This document shows, piece by piece, positions 62,191 to 64,000 of a DNA stretch of 64,000 nt. A program made the translations under genes and the position numbers. How positions within the stretch are numbered: the first letter of the stretch is position 1; each line of letters begins with the position of its first letter. The stretch lies in NCBI RefSeq assembly GCF_036321535.1, contig NC_087436.1:121274001-121338000 (forward strand), given 5' to 3'. Below the pieces are notes generated by a model. That model did not search any database and was not told where the DNA came from. It saw nothing but the letters and a program-made list of their open reading frames with translations. Source of the DNA: Camelus dromedarius (taxonomy: Eukaryota).

Positions 62191-63289
62191 AGAGCAACTG
62201 CATAAGCTACAACAACAGAAACCTTTTAACTGAAAGCGCAGGAATCAGGGCCGCCCTGACGGGCCATCAATATTGCAGCGAGCAGACCAGGCCCCAAACT
62301 GGCAGCCCAGGCCCCCGGCCCTGCCTCCCACCCCAGCTCAGCCCCGGCCCCCCCAGTGAGGCATCCCCGCGGGGCAGGCCGCGGCCCCCACCTCGGCCCG
62401 GCCAGGCTCACACAGGTGGGGGGCCAGGAGCACACTGGGGTGCAGCAAAGTTTGGGGACGGGGAGACCCAGAGGACAGACAGGAAGACAGAGGGTGCGAG
62501 GGGCAGAGAAGGACACAACAGGGAAGACCCAGGAACACACCCTCAGGGACCCACAGGGACACACTAGCAGGCCACCCCCACCGACCCACCCATCCTCCGG
62601 CCAACATGCTCACACGTACAATATAAACGTAAAACCACCAGGCTGGGCAGGAGCAGGGCTCCAGCCACCAAGCAGACCCCTGGCTCGGCCCCGTCTGCCT
62701 GCTTCCCTCCTGCAGGCGAGACTCCTTGCTGGCCCGGGTGAGGGGGTGGGCTGAGAAGCCAGCGCGGTTCTTGAGGCCAGAGTAGCAGGAGCAGGCGGTG
62801 TGTCCGTCCCACCCAGGGCAGACCCACCGCCCTGACTGCCTGGCACCAGCACCACCCGTCACCAGCCCTGCCTCCTCCACCTGCCAGGCAGGGTGCTCCT
62901 TGGACCCCACAGAAAAGGGTTCAGTAAAGCTGAATCAAGGAATGAACAAGCGAAGGTTAATTCCCCTCCTTTCCCAGCAGGTCACCGAGACTTCGCCTTT
63001 GGACCTACTGGCAAACTCATTCATTCTTCAAAACCCTGTTCTGACATCGCCACCTCTTTAAAGTCTTCTGTTCCACTGTGCTCCTTCTTCCCTTTTTCCC
63101 TCCTGCAAACTGATCCTACCTTGAGCCAGACATTTATTTTCTGCCATCCAGTTGTGTGTGTGACCTGGGATCGGGCACCTGCAAAGGTGACAGTGATGAG
63201 AATTTGCACACCGTCTGACACTGGGCGTTGTTCCAAGCACAGGCACGTGTGTTTTCTACTTTGATCCTGATGGTGAGGGAGGCTGGCAC

Positions 63290-63420
63290 CATATTTATCC
63301 CCATTTTCAGATGAACAGGGTGAGGGGCAGAGAGGTGGGGTCACCCTGTGGGCAAAGGGCCGAGCTTGGCTTGAACCCTGGCAGGCTGACTCGGGGCTGG
63401 GTCTGACCCTCTGCTGTGCA
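63290..63420 (+). mobile_element. MIR remnant
   Basis: TTATCCCCATTTTCAGATGAACAGGGTGAGGGGCAGAGAGGT. Confidence 0.7.
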
Positions 63421-64000
63421 CCCCTGGGCAGGGGCACACATGACGTAGCCAGTGCTAAGTGCCGCATGCCTGGGTCAGTGCCCCGCCGTTTCCTGGGGCT
63501 TCCTAGGAGGCCCCCAACGCTGACCCTGGACAAAGTGGCTGCTGCACTGGCTGGGGTCCTTGGCTGCCCGCCCTCAGCCAGGGCTTGACCAACAGTCAGA
63601 GCCAGGGAACATGGACGCTGACCTCCAGCACAGGACAAAGGCAGGCTTTGCAGAAGGACACTGCTGGGGAGAACTGGCCAGGCCGCCCAGCCCAGCGCAC
63701 GTGAAGGGGCAGGAAAGGGGCCCCGCCTCGGCAGGCCCGGCTAGCTGGGCAGGAGGCCAGAGCAGTGGCACCTGCAGCGGCTGCAGAGAGAAAGCGCCAC
63801 CTAAAGGCAGCAGGATCCAAGACGTGAAAGATAAACTCAAGAGGGGGTTTACCAGCAAGCGCCCTGTGCCTGGGGACCCGTGGCCGCCACGCGGTGCCCA
63901 GCCCCGCCCCCAGGCCCGCCGGCCCAGCGAGCCCACCTGGCACCTGTACAGTTCTGGCAGGGGCCGACCTCGGCTGGGAGGGCTCTCAGAGCCCAGGTTG

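Overview
Mammalian genomic DNA, GC-rich. The L1 3' ends look cetartiodactyl, tentatively camelid; this is an inference. The window covers the MSANTD1-RGS12 interval, which lies next to HTT in other mammals, and both genes are on the minus strand. MSANTD1's coding region is complete: three coding exons of 254+276+241 nt giving 256 aa. RGS12 is represented by a CpG-island promoter, a probable non-coding exon 1 (~31.7 kb) and its ~2-kb first coding exon encoding the PDZ and PTB domains (CDS 2798-918); the gene continues off the left edge. The rest is intronic or intergenic: L1 fragments of several ages, MaLR LTRs, MIRs, two hAT transposon fossils, a U6 retrocopy and a 58-bp dimeric minisatellite. 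I found no convincing new multi-gene system. The best second-look items are a tail-less L1 fragment with an intact TSD (apparent internal priming), a TAATG-coupled uORF pair before the RGS12 start, the higher-order minisatellite by the RGS12 promoter, an intronic CpG island around a GC-converted MIR, and an RFX X-box plus an apparently lost upstream ATG at MSANTD1. Repeat family names and cross-species comparisons come from recall, not from a database search.
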